Positions 17,571 through 30,572 of a stretch of 64,000 nt of DNA are shown piece by piece. Position numbers and translations under genes: made by a program. Origin of the DNA: an uncultured archaeon. GTDB lineage: Archaea; Hadarchaeota; Hadarchaeia; Hadarchaeales; WYZ-LMO6. The notes under the pieces are model-generated. The model saw only the letters and a list, made by a program, of their open reading frames with translations. It made no database searches and had not been told where the DNA came from. The DNA is taken from positions 32,001 to 96,000 of the forward strand of contig CALJER010000008.1 of the NCBI GenBank assembly GCA_938074535.1, in the 5' to 3' direction. Numbering within the stretch: position 1 is the stretch's first letter; each line of letters opens with the position of its first letter.

Positions 17571-17972
17571 TCATCGGCGGCCCCTCCTCTCCCTCTCCAG
17601 CAGCCTTCCAAGCTTCTCGTCCAGCTCCCTGATCCTTGCCTCCAGCGCCTCCGTCCCGGGAAGGCTGGTGCCGCGGAGGATGAGGCCTGCCAGCAGACCT
17701 ATGAGGCTGGCGTAGAGACAAATCCCGGAGACCATCAGACCCATCGCCAGGACCTTTCCCCCCGTGGTCACCACCACGATGCTCCCGAAGCCCACCGTGC
17801 TCTCGATGGAGAGGGCCAGGAAGAGGGCGTCCAGGAAACCCTTCAGGTTGGGGTTCTCGCCGCGCTCCACCGCATAGAGCACCAGCGCCCCCACCACCGT
17901 CACGAGAAGGAAGACCAGAACCACATAGCCCAGCCTGCTTCTCCTCAGAAAGCCCAGCACCCTTCTCACCAA
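17571..17972 (-). CDS. Potassium channel family protein (2TM, pore only)
   Basis: TM-pore-TM layout with STVGFG filter and a short coiled-coil tail. Confidence 0.8.
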   Translation of the reverse strand: MVRRVLGFLRRSRLGYVVLVFLLVTVVGALVLYAVERGENPNLKGFLDALFLALSIESTVGFGSIVVVTTGGKVLAMGLMVSGICLYASLIGLLAGLILRGTSLPGTEALEARIRELDEKLGRLLERERRGRR

Positions 17973-18017
17973 CCTCCCACATCCTGGATGTTTGGGCCTT
18001 CCTAAATACTCCGGTGA

Positions 18018-19145
18018 TCAGCCCTTGAACTTCACGAACCTCTTCCACACCTCCCTGGCCTTCGGATGGTGGAGATGGTCCAAAGCCGTGCCCCTTGCCT
18101 CCCTTATCCCCATCCAGTCCACCAGCTCCCTGAACCTTCCTCCCGCCAGCCCATCCGCCACCAGGGCGTAGCCCTGCGCCGTTTCCTTGGTGAGCCTCGC
18201 CCCCTCCAGTCCACCCACTTCCCTGATCCCGCCCAGCCTGCGCTCCAGCTCCTCCCTGATCCTCCCTATCCTCGCTAGCCTCCCGGAGACCAGGAGCTCC
18301 CTCGCCCCCCCGACCGAGACCCTCATGGAAGCCACGGCCTTCTCTATTCCCTCCATCATAGCCTCAAAAGCCAGCTCGAACCTCTCCCCCCTTCCCTCCG
18401 CGAACCTCTCGGGGTCCATTTCCCCCGTGATGGTGGCCGCGCCCCCCACGAAGACATCCCCCCTCTCCCACCTCCCCACCAGCTGCACCAGCTCCCCATC
18501 GAAAGAGGAAGCCGTGAGGAAGCCTATTCCGGGAAAGGTGGTTCCCCCTATCCCGTCCACGATCCTCCCTCCCTCCACGCCCAGCACCGCGTTGTAACCG
18601 AACCCCAGCTCTGCCAGGATGAAGGAGACCTCCCCGTAGGGGATGCCGAGCCTGGAGGCCTGGGAGTGGACACCCAGCACCGCCACCGCCATCTTGTCCG
18701 CCGTCCCCATGTCCAGCTTGTTGACCTTCCTGAACTCTGGGACCGTGGGCAGCTCCACCACCGAGGGGATGAAGACCACCGGAAGTCCCTCCCTCCTCAT
18801 CCAGAGGCAGGCCTCCGTCATGTTCTTGTAGAGGACCGCGCCGAAGAGCCCCTGCTCGATGGCCTTCAGGACCTCCTCCTTGGTGGTGAGGAGGATGTAG
18901 TTGTAGTACCACTGCTCGAACCTCTCCTCCGGAACCTCCTCTATCCTCGTCAGCTCCACCCCGTACCCGGAGGGTCCGGCGATGAGGTCCACGGGGAGGG
19001 CCTCCTCAACCGCCTCCCTGAAGAGCTCTGGCCTCCTCACCAGCTCGGCGTTGTCCAGCGATCTCTCGTAGACCACCCTGCCGTCCTCCAGACCGCAGAG
19101 GTCCATGCTCTTGGTCCCGGGGTCTATCCCCAGCACCCTCACCAT
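18018..19145 (-). CDS. DUF1464 family protein (ASKHA/butyrate-kinase-like)
   Basis: GIDPGTKS, GPSGYG, RKVNKLDMGTADK, ELGFGYNA, IVDGIGG. Confidence 0.85.
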   Translation of the reverse strand: MVRVLGIDPGTKSMDLCGLEDGRVVYERSLDNAELVRRPELFREAVEEALPVDLIAGPSGYGVELTRIEEVPEERFEQWYYNYILLTTKEEVLKAIEQGLFGAVLYKNMTEACLWMRREGLPVVFIPSVVELPTVPEFRKVNKLDMGTADKMAVAVLGVHSQASRLGIPYGEVSFILAELGFGYNAVLGVEGGRIVDGIGGTTFPGIGFLTASSFDGELVQLVGRWERGDVFVGGAATITGEMDPERFAEGRGERFELAFEAMMEGIEKAVASMRVSVGGARELLVSGRLARIGRIREELERRLGGIREVGGLEGARLTKETAQGYALVADGLAGGRFRELVDWMGIREARGTALDHLHHPKAREVWKRFVKFKG

Positions 19146-19160
19146 CGAGTCCCCTCCCTC

Positions 19161-19499
19161 CTAGGTCCCCTCCAGCCTTATCCTGTGCCCCACCCTCACC
19201 CCTCCCCTCCTGAGGGTGTCCGGAGGAAACTCCAGCAGGACCTCGGAGCCCCTCGGGGCCAGGCAGAACCTCCAGGGCTTCATCCTCCTCACCACCTTCA
19301 CCGCCCTGCCGTCCTTCAGGAAGAGGAGGTCCAGGGGGAAGCGCATGAGGCAGGTGTGAACGTGCAGACTTCCCCCCCTGAAGAGGAGGGTGGTGGGCTC
19401 CTTCCTGAGCATCTGACCCTTCAGCCTCTTCCAGAAGCCCTCCGCCCTCTCCACCTCCTCCGCCAGCACGCGACCCGTGTCCTCATCCACCACCTTCAT
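19161..19499 (-). CDS. DUF192 domain protein
   Basis: A..FWKRLKGQM, HTCLMRFPLDLLFL, MKPWR, LLE. Confidence 0.82.
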   Translation of the reverse strand: MKVVDEDTGRVLAEEVERAEGFWKRLKGQMLRKEPTTLLFRGGSLHVHTCLMRFPLDLLFLKDGRAVKVVRRMKPWRFCLAPRGSEVLLEFPPDTLRRGGVRVGHRIRLEGT

Positions 19500-19560
19500 C
19501 GATGAACCACCAGATTTTCCCTCACATAACCCTTAAGGAGAGGGGGGTGAAAGGAGAAAG

Positions 19561-20331
19561 ATGGAAACCGAGATCGCCTCCAGGATCATAAAGGAGTTCT
19601 GCCAGGACCTGCTGGAGAGCCTGAAGCTGGACGTGGTGGTGGCCGGGGCGGGTCCAGCTGGGCTCACCGCGGCGAGGTACCTGGCCAGGAGAGGGAGGAA
19701 GGTGGCCGTGTTTGAGAGGAACCTCTGGGTGGGGGGAGGAATGTGGGGCGGAGGGATCCTCTTCCCAAAGCTCGTCGTGGAAAGGGAGGCCGCGCCCCTC
19801 CTCCAGGAGGCGGGAGTGAGGCTGAGGGGGGAGGGTCCCCTCCTGACGGCGGATGCGGTGGAGGTGGTGGCCAAGTGCACCTCCTCAGCCCTGGAAGCCG
19901 GTGCCAGGATCTTCGTGGGGATGGAGGTGGAGGACCTGGTGGTGAGGAACTCCAGGGTCTGTGGGGTGGTCCTGAACTGGAGGGCCGTGAATCTGGCCAG
20001 GATGCATGTGGACCCCATAGGGGTGGAGGCCGGGGTGGTAATCGATGCCACGGGGCACGAGGCCTTCCTGGCGAGGGTCCTGGAGAGGAAGGTACCGGGC
20101 GTGAGGTTCCCCACCCCCACCGGGAAAATCGTGGGGGAGGGACCCATGGACGCTGAAAAAGCTGAGAAGGAAATTGTGGAGAACACGAAGGAGATCTACC
20201 CCGGACTGGTGGTGGCGGGGATGACGGCCGGAGCCGTCTTCGGCTCTCCCAGAATGGGTCCCGTCTTTGGGGGGATGCTGCTCTCGGGGAGGAAAGCCGC
20301 CGAGCTCGCCCTGAAGCTCCTGCGGGCCTGA
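19561..20331 (+). CDS. thi4: Sulfide-dependent adenosine diphosphate thiazole synthase
   Basis: GAGPAGL, GGGMWGGG, MHVDP (His rather than Cys type), DATGH, RMGPVFGGMLLSG. Confidence 0.92.
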   Translation: METEIASRIIKEFCQDLLESLKLDVVVAGAGPAGLTAARYLARRGRKVAVFERNLWVGGGMWGGGILFPKLVVEREAAPLLQEAGVRLRGEGPLLTADAVEVVAKCTSSALEAGARIFVGMEVEDLVVRNSRVCGVVLNWRAVNLARMHVDPIGVEAGVVIDATGHEAFLARVLERKVPGVRFPTPTGKIVGEGPMDAEKAEKEIVENTKEIYPGLVVAGMTAGAVFGSPRMGPVFGGMLLSGRKAAELALKLLRA

Positions 20332-20376
20332 GCCCCTCAGGGCTGCCAGCGGCGACCAAAGCAGGGATGGGGAAGG

Positions 20377-20461
20377 CGCCGGGGGAGGGATTTGAACCCT
20401 CGGGACCCAAAGGGTCACACGCTCTCAAGGCGTGCGCCTTACCTGGCTTGGCTACCCCGGC
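20377..20461 (-). tRNA. tRNA-Ser(TGA)
   Basis: Acceptor GCCGGGG/CCCCGGC-G, anticodon arm CACGC-CTTGAGA-GCGTG, long variable arm, GGTTCAAATCC T-loop. Confidence 0.95.
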
Positions 20462-20534
20462 CCAGAAAAACTTGGAAGGGGAGGGTATAGAGCTGACGAA
20501 AACCTCTTTTAGTCGGGACCGCCCCGGTGGAAGG

Positions 20535-20870
20535 ATGGGAGCCGGGCTGGGGGACATTTCCAGGCTGGCCTGGTATCTGGAGCTGCTGGCCTTTTTCTGC
20601 GTGGGATTGGGGGTGGTCCTGCTGGGCGTGGACGCGTACCTGGCGGGGGCCGCGCAGCAGCTCTCCGAGCTGGGGGCCGAGACGGAAGGGGTGGAGAGCA
20701 CCCTCGACTCCGCCGTGGCGGTGGTCCTGATCCTGGGAACCATCATGCTGGTGTGCGGCGGGGGATGCTGGTACCTGAGCCACAGGATCCAGAAAATCAT
20801 GGAGGAGTCCTCCGAGGACCTGAGAACCATAGAGGTGAGGAGGGCCTCCCGCCAGGCCCCGAGGGAGTAG
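20535..20870 (+). CDS. Hypothetical membrane protein (2 TM)
   Basis: Two hydrophobic segments, host-like codon usage, ATG after GGAAGG. Confidence 0.6.
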   Translation: MGAGLGDISRLAWYLELLAFFCVGLGVVLLGVDAYLAGAAQQLSELGAETEGVESTLDSAVAVVLILGTIMLVCGGGCWYLSHRIQKIMEESSEDLRTIEVRRASRQAPRE

Positions 20871-20884
20871 GTCCTCTCCCAAGG

Positions 20885-20917
20885 TTTATACATCGAAACC
20901 GATATCGAAAGTGATAT
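20885..20917 (+). promoter_or_regulatory. TATA box and tandem palindromic operator of the padR-ABC operon
   Basis: TTTATA at 20885; ACATCG-N4-CGATAT (20890-20905) and ATATCG-N4-TGATAT (20902-20917), the second overlapping the ATG. Confidence 0.6.
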
Positions 20918-21446
20918 GCTCGGGTGGATGCGGGGCAGGGCCGTGCCCAGGGGCCTGCTGCGCTACTACGTGCTGGAGTCCCTGGGCGAGAAACCCATGT
21001 CGGGCTCGGAGCTCATGGACGAGATCGAGGGGAGGAGCGAGGGGTGCTGGAGGCCCAGCCCAGGCTCCATCTATCCCCTGCTGGCCTGGCTCCAGGACAC
21101 GGGTCACGTGGAGGAGATGCCGCGCGACCGGAGCGGAAGGAGGCGCTACAGGCTCACGCCCAAGGGGAAAAAGCTCCTCCGGGAGGAGAGGAGGGTGTGG
21201 ACGAGGGTGGGGGGGACGGACTTCTTTGTCCCCCCCTTCGGCCCCCCCTGGCACAGGCTGCCCCCCGAGAGGGCGGCGGAAATGAGGAGGGCGATGCGCA
21301 AGGTGGTGGTCGCCTTCATGGAAGCCATGGGAACCCTGGCGGAGGAAGCCTCGGAGGAGGCTCTGGAGGGGATGCGCAGGATCCTGGAGGAAACGGCTGA
21401 AAGGTTCGAGGAGGTGAGCCGGAAGCTCAGGGAGGGGAGGAAATGA
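20916..21446 (+). CDS. PadR family transcriptional regulator
   Basis: PMSGSELM, WRPSPGSIYPLL, RRYRLTPKG. Confidence 0.92.
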   Translation: MLGWMRGRAVPRGLLRYYVLESLGEKPMSGSELMDEIEGRSEGCWRPSPGSIYPLLAWLQDTGHVEEMPRDRSGRRRYRLTPKGKKLLREERRVWTRVGGTDFFVPPFGPPWHRLPPERAAEMRRAMRKVVVAFMEAMGTLAEEASEEALEGMRRILEETAERFEEVSRKLREGRK

Positions 21447-22435
21447 GAGAAATGGTGAGAGCGGAGGAACTCACCAGGGTCTTCAACGGCCTCACCGCCG
21501 TGGACCACGTCACCTTCGGGGTGAGGGAGGGGGAAATCTTCGGTTTCCTCGGGCCCAACGGGGCCGGAAAGACCACCACCATCCACATGCTCACCACCGT
21601 CCTGAAGCCCACCGGAGGCAGGGCGGAGGTTTGCGGCTACGATGTGGTGAAAGAACCGGAGAAGGTGCGGAAGTCCATAGGGGTGGTGCCCCAGGAGTAC
21701 ACGGCGGACGAGGACCTGACCGGGTACGAGAACGTGATGCTCTGTGCGGACCTCTACGGCCTCCCCAGGGAAGAGGGCAGGAAGAGGGCCCTGGAGCTCC
21801 TCTCCCTGGTGCAGCTGGAGCCCTTCAAGGACAAGAGGGTGGAGACCTACTCTGGAGGGATGAGGAGGAGGCTGGAGCTGGCCTGCGGACTCATCAACCG
21901 CCCGAAAGTGCTCTTCCTGGACGAGCCCACGCTGGGGCTGGACGTTCAGACCAGGGCCTCCATCTGGGAGCACATCCTCTCCCTGAGGGAGAACTTCGGG
22001 ATGACGGTCTTCCTCACCACCCACTACCTGGAGGAGGCCGACCACCTCTGCGACCGCATCGCCATCATCGACCACGGGAAAATCGTGGAGGAGGGGAGCC
22101 CGTCGGAGCTGAAGGACTCGCTGGGGGGAGACCTCCTCACCCTGGAGTGCGAGGGGGAGGGAGTGGAGGAGATCCTGAGGGCCCTGGAGGGGGTGAGGGA
22201 GGTGAAGGCGGAGGGGAGGGAATACAGGGTGAAGGTTACCAGGGGGGAAACCGTGGCACCCCTCCTCCTGAAGGCCCTGGGCGAGAAGGGCCTGACGGTC
22301 AAACGCCTCTCCCTCGCGAAGCCCACCCTCGACGAGGTCTACCTGGAAAAGACCGGGAAGTCGCTCAGGGACCAGGGGGAGAGCCCGGAGGAGGTTATAA
22401 AACAGAGGGTGACCCTGTGGAGGGCCAGGAGGTAG
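21443..22435 (+). CDS. ABC exporter ATP-binding subunit (DrrA-like)
   Basis: GPNGAGKTT, YSGGMRRRL, LDEPT, TTHYLEEA. Confidence 0.95.
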   Translation: MREMVRAEELTRVFNGLTAVDHVTFGVREGEIFGFLGPNGAGKTTTIHMLTTVLKPTGGRAEVCGYDVVKEPEKVRKSIGVVPQEYTADEDLTGYENVMLCADLYGLPREEGRKRALELLSLVQLEPFKDKRVETYSGGMRRRLELACGLINRPKVLFLDEPTLGLDVQTRASIWEHILSLRENFGMTVFLTTHYLEEADHLCDRIAIIDHGKIVEEGSPSELKDSLGGDLLTLECEGEGVEEILRALEGVREVKAEGREYRVKVTRGETVAPLLLKALGEKGLTVKRLSLAKPTLDEVYLEKTGKSLRDQGESPEEVIKQRVTLWRARR

Positions 22436-23256
22436 GGGGCCGTCCCCTGCAGGGCTTTCTCGCCCTGACCAAAAGGGAGCTGAAAAAGTGGTACAAGGAA
22501 CCCCTCCTCCTGCTCATCACCGTCCTCCAGCCCCTCATCTGGATGGTCTTCCTGGGGAAGGCCATGAACCTGGGGGCAGTTTTCGGGGGAGGGGTACCGC
22601 CCGAGCTGGCCAGGGGACTCATGCTCCGCTCCTTCGGGACCACCGACTACTTCTCCTTCATGGCCACGGGGATGATCGCCGTCACCTGCCTCTTCACCAC
22701 CATGTTCACCGGGTTCTCCATCATCTGGGACCGCAGACTGGGCTTCCTCAACAAGGTCCTGAGCACCCCCGTTTCCAGGGCCTCCGTGATCTTCTCCAAG
22801 GTCGTCTACGCCACCCTTCGCTCTTCCTTCCAGGTCCTCATCATCCTGGTGGCCGCCTTCGCCCTGGGGCTGAAGGTGGGCCCCGGCTTCCATCCCCTCC
22901 ACCTGCTTGGGGTCTTCCTGGTCGCCTTCATGGTGTGCGTGACCTTCTCCTCCCTCTTCCTCATGCTGGCCCTCAGGTCCACCAGGTGGGAGGCCCCCAT
23001 GGCCATGGTGAACCTGATGCTCATGCCCCTGATGTTCGCCTCCAACGTCTTCTTCCCCCTGGAGCTGATGCCAGGCTGGCTGAGGGCCATAGCCAGCGTG
23101 AACCCCCTCTCCTACACCAACGATGCCGTGAGGCAGTTCACCATCTGGAGGCTGGACAGGGGCGCCCTCTTGAGGGACCTGGCCTACCTGGGGCTCTTCA
23201 GCCTGACCATCTCTTCCCTGAGCGTCTACCTGGCCAAGAAGTACCTCTCCCGCTAA
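22417..23256 (+). CDS. ABC-2 type permease (DrrB-like)
   Basis: [33 protein letters not shown]; GTG start at 22417 inferred. Confidence 0.9.
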   Translation: MEGQEVGGRPLQGFLALTKRELKKWYKEPLLLLITVLQPLIWMVFLGKAMNLGAVFGGGVPPELARGLMLRSFGTTDYFSFMATGMIAVTCLFTTMFTGFSIIWDRRLGFLNKVLSTPVSRASVIFSKVVYATLRSSFQVLIILVAAFALGLKVGPGFHPLHLLGVFLVAFMVCVTFSSLFLMLALRSTRWEAPMAMVNLMLMPLMFASNVFFPLELMPGWLRAIASVNPLSYTNDAVRQFTIWRLDRGALLRDLAYLGLFSLTISSLSVYLAKKYLSR

Positions 23257-23639
23257 CCCTTGAGCTCTATCTTGATGTGGACTTCCGGCGGGATCTGCAG
23301 GCGCATGAGCTGCCGCATCGCCCTCTCATCCGCCTTCACGTAGATGAGCCTTTTATGTATCCTGAGCTCCCACTTATCCCAGGTGGCCGTTCCCTCCCCA
23401 TCCGGAGCCTTCTTCACGGGCACCACGATGCGCTTGGTGGGAAGGGGGATGGGACCCCAAACCACCCTCTCCCCTCCCTCCTGGGCCTTCTTCGCCTGGG
23501 CCATGATGCGCTTGGGGGGGAGGGGAATGGGTCCGGACATCTCCACTCCGGTGCGCTGGGCTATCTCCTTGATCTGCGCACATATCTCATCCAGCTTCCT
23601 GTGATCCGTACCGGACAGGTGGATCTTGGCCCGCTGCAT
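23253..23639 (-). CDS. rps10: 30S ribosomal protein uS10 with an internal 26-aa duplication
   Basis: [33 protein letters not shown]; position directly after aEF-1A. Confidence 0.93.
   Translation of the reverse strand: MQRAKIHLSGTDHRKLDEICAQIKEIAQRTGVEMSGPIPLPPKRIMAQAKKAQEGGERVVWGPIPLPTKRIVVPVKKAPDGEGTATWDKWELRIHKRLIYVKADERAMRQLMRLQIPPEVHIKIELKG
23379..23534 (-). repeat. Diverged 2 x 78-bp tandem duplication inside rps10
   Basis: [26 protein letters not shown] followed by [26 protein letters not shown]. Confidence 0.88.
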
Positions 23640-23679
23640 CCAGGCACCCCTCACCTTTTACCGGGAGGGTAAAAAAGGT

Positions 23680-24942
23680 TCACTTGGCCTTCACCACGTC
23701 TATACACACGCCCGCCGCGATGGTCATACCCATGTCGCGGATCGCAAACCTGGCGAGCTGGGGTATGTCCGAAACCTTCTCGATCACGAGGGGCTTCGTA
23801 GGCTTTACCCTGATGGTGGCCATGTCGCCCTTCTTTATGAACTGGGGATGCTCCTCCACCACCTGGCCCGTCCTCGGATCCAGCTTGTTGATAATTTCCG
23901 TGATCTGGCAGGCCACCTGGGCGGTGTGAACGTGGAACACGGGCGTGTAGCCCACCGCTATGGCCGTCGGGTGCTGCAGGACTGCTATCCTGGCCACGAA
24001 CTCGCTCGCCACCGTCGGCGGGGAGCTCGGCAGGCCCGCCACGTCACCCCTCCTGATCTCGTTCTTGGCTATCCCCCTTATGTTGAACCCTATGTTGTCC
24101 CCCGGTTCAGCCTTGGGGATGGACTCGTGGTGCATCTCTATGGACTTCACCTCGCCCGTCTTCCCGGAAGGCTCGAGCACCAGGGTATCACCCACCTTGA
24201 GCACCCCCGTTTCCACCCTGCCCACCGGCACCGTCCCCACACCCGTGATGGAGTACACGTCCTGGATGGGAATCCTCAGGGGCTTGTCTATGGGCTTCGG
24301 AGGTATCACGAAAGAGTCGAGGGCCTGCAGCATGGTGGGGCCGCTGTACCACTTCATCTTCTCGCTGGGCTTCGTCACGTTCTCTCCGTGGAAGGCCGAC
24401 ACGGGAACGAAGGGGAACTTGTCCGCGTTCCTGAACCCCACCACTCTCAGCATCTCCATGATCTCCGACCTCAGCTTCTCGTAAACCTCCTTCTTGTACT
24501 CCACCAAGTCCATCTTGTTGACCGCCACCGCCAGCTGCCCCACCCCCAGCGTGAAAGCAAGGGCGGCGTGCTCCCTCGTCTGGGGCATGATCCCATCGTC
24601 CGCAGCCACCACCAGGATGCCCGCATCCGCCTGACTGGCCCCCGTGATCATGTTCTTGACGAAGTCCCTGTGGCCGGGGGCATCTATGAGGGTGAAGTAA
24701 TACTTGTCGGTCTCGAACTTCCTGTGGGCCAGGTCAATGGTGAGGCCGCGCTCCCTCTCCTCCTTCAAGTCGTCCATCACCCAAGCGAACTTGAAGGCCT
24801 TCCCCTTGTCCCCTAGGGCCTCGAACTTCTTTATCTCCTCCTCCTTCACCACCCCCGTCTCGAAGAGCAGCCTCCCCAGGAGGGTGGACTTGCCGTGGTC
24901 CACGTGCCCCATCGTCACCAGGTTCAGGTGTGGTTTGGCCAT
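23680..24942 (-). CDS. tuf: Translation elongation factor aEF-1A
   Basis: [40 protein letters not shown]. Confidence 0.98.
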   Translation of the reverse strand: MAKPHLNLVTMGHVDHGKSTLLGRLLFETGVVKEEEIKKFEALGDKGKAFKFAWVMDDLKEERERGLTIDLAHRKFETDKYYFTLIDAPGHRDFVKNMITGASQADAGILVVAADDGIMPQTREHAALAFTLGVGQLAVAVNKMDLVEYKKEVYEKLRSEIMEMLRVVGFRNADKFPFVPVSAFHGENVTKPSEKMKWYSGPTMLQALDSFVIPPKPIDKPLRIPIQDVYSITGVGTVPVGRVETGVLKVGDTLVLEPSGKTGEVKSIEMHHESIPKAEPGDNIGFNIRGIAKNEIRRGDVAGLPSSPPTVASEFVARIAVLQHPTAIAVGYTPVFHVHTAQVACQITEIINKLDPRTGQVVEEHPQFIKKGDMATIRVKPTKPLVIEKVSDIPQLARFAIRDMGMTIAAGVCIDVVKAK

Positions 24943-24993
24943 CTTCTCGACCTTAGTCTCGATTGTCCTCCCGAATTTAAATCTTTTTGTGTT

Positions 24994-25599
24994 TCACCTG
25001 GCCTTCTCGGCTATCCTCTCTATCTCTTCCTTCCTGGCCACCGCATAGCTCTTGGAGTCGTACTGGGAGGCCAGGATGATTTCTTCGGCCAAACACTCCT
25101 CTATGGGTTTTTTGTTCCTGAAGGAAGCGGCGAAGGCCCCTGCCGCCAGATTCATCAGGGCCACGTCGATTCCCCTGGCGGGAGAGGCGTCCACCGCCAG
25201 ATGATAGGTGATGCCTCCGTAGGTAATCCTGGTAGTTTCCTCCCGGGGAGCGGCGTAGTGGATGGCGTCCACCAGCACCTGCAGGGGGTTCTTCTTCGTC
25301 CTTTCCTCTATGATCTCGAAAGCCCTCTTCACGATGTTGTAGGCCTTGTGCTTCTTTCCGCACGCACCCGCTCCCCGAATCACCTTCCCCCCTATCTTCT
25401 TGGCCCCCGGCCCAGACCTCATGACCTTGTTTATGAGGCGCTCCACTATCGGCACTTTTGCCTTGCCCAGACTCTCGTAGACATGCCTCCCGCCCGAAGA
25501 CAGGGCCAGCGTGGGCTGCAACCTCAGGTACCTCTTCATCCCCGGGTCCCTGATCTCCACCCCCTCCGCAGACCACTTCCCGAAGTACTTCATCTCCAA
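24994..25599 (-). CDS. rps7: 30S ribosomal protein uS7
   Basis: PIVERLINKVMR, NPLQVL, APREETTR, KEEIERIA. Confidence 0.96.
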   Translation of the reverse strand: MEMKYFGKWSAEGVEIRDPGMKRYLRLQPTLALSSGGRHVYESLGKAKVPIVERLINKVMRSGPGAKKIGGKVIRGAGACGKKHKAYNIVKRAFEIIEERTKKNPLQVLVDAIHYAAPREETTRITYGGITYHLAVDASPARGIDVALMNLAAGAFAASFRNKKPIEECLAEEIILASQYDSKSYAVARKEEIERIAEKAR

Positions 25600-25603
25600 A
25601 CCA

Positions 25604-26032
25604 TCACCTCGCGGGCTTTTCCTTCCTGCCCTTCACCAGCTCCTTCAGGGAAACTCCGTTCACCTTCACCACCCTGTACCTCACCCCGGGGATGTCTCCC
25701 TTAGGACCCCCCTGGGCACCGCCTATCCCCTCTATGATCACCTCGTCGTGCTCGTCGATGAACCCTATGGCACCGTCACCGGGAGCGAAGGCAGTCACCT
25801 GCCTGCCGTTCTTCACTATCTGGACCCTGACGCACTTCCTTATGGCCGAGTTGGGCTGCTTCGCCTCCATCCCCACCTTCTCCAAAACGATAGCCCTGGC
25901 CTGGGGGGCCCCTTCCAGGGGATCGGCTTTCTTGTCCAGCCCCAGCATCCTCCGCTGGTAAGCCGAGTCCCTCCACCTGAACCTCTGCCTGCTGGACTTC
26001 AGCTTCCTGGCCGCAAATTCTCCCCTTCCCAT
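25604..26032 (-). CDS. rps12: 30S ribosomal protein uS12
   Basis: [24 protein letters not shown]. Confidence 0.97.
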   Translation of the reverse strand: MGRGEFAARKLKSSRQRFRWRDSAYQRRMLGLDKKADPLEGAPQARAIVLEKVGMEAKQPNSAIRKCVRVQIVKNGRQVTAFAPGDGAIGFIDEHDEVIIEGIGGAQGGPKGDIPGVRYRVVKVNGVSLKELVKGRKEKPAR

Positions 26033-26053
26033 CTCATCCCCTCCGGCGCCCCC

Positions 26054-26478
26054 TCATTTTATTATTATGTTGTGGATTCCACAGTTCCTCTGGGCGAGCC
26101 TCTTCGCCCTCTTAATCCTTGCACCGCCCTTCCCTATCGCAAGTCCCTTGTCCTGCTGCCTCACCTCAAGCACCGCCACCTTCTTCCCGTCCTCCTCCGC
26201 GAAGACCAGGGAACCTATCTGGGCGGGGGCAAAGAGCAGTCTGAGGAACTCCTCCGGATCCTCCGAGTACCCCACCACCTCCACCTCCTTCCCGAGCATC
26301 TTCTTGAGCTTCTTTACGTGGCACCCGTTCTTACCCACGCAGAGTCCCACCAGCTCCTTCTGCACCAGAAACACCAGTCTGTTCTCCCCCTCGCTGAGGA
26401 TGCAATCCCTGGCCTTCACCCCGCTTACCATCTCCAGGAGGGAAATATATCTCATCTCTTCCTCGCTGAGGACGATGT

Positions 26479-26482
<4 letters not shown>
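26054..26482 (-). CDS. nusA: Archaeal NusA (two KH domains)
   Basis: VGKNG and AIGKGG KH motifs; canonical position in the operon. Confidence 0.92.
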
Positions 26483-30561
<4,079 letters not shown>

Positions 30562-30572
30562 CTCCCCACCCC

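Noticed and set aside
19561-20331. Thi4 as ribose-1,5-bisphosphate isomerase feeding RuBisCO
   Set aside because: That is a legacy mis-annotation; the motifs are those of thiazole synthase and the nearby RuBisCO homologue is form IV
20377-20461. tRNA as Sec, suppressor or Leu tRNA, or as an integration site
   Set aside because: Anticodon TGA reads UCA (Ser), with a normal 7-bp acceptor and G73; no duplicated 3' end or integrase was seen
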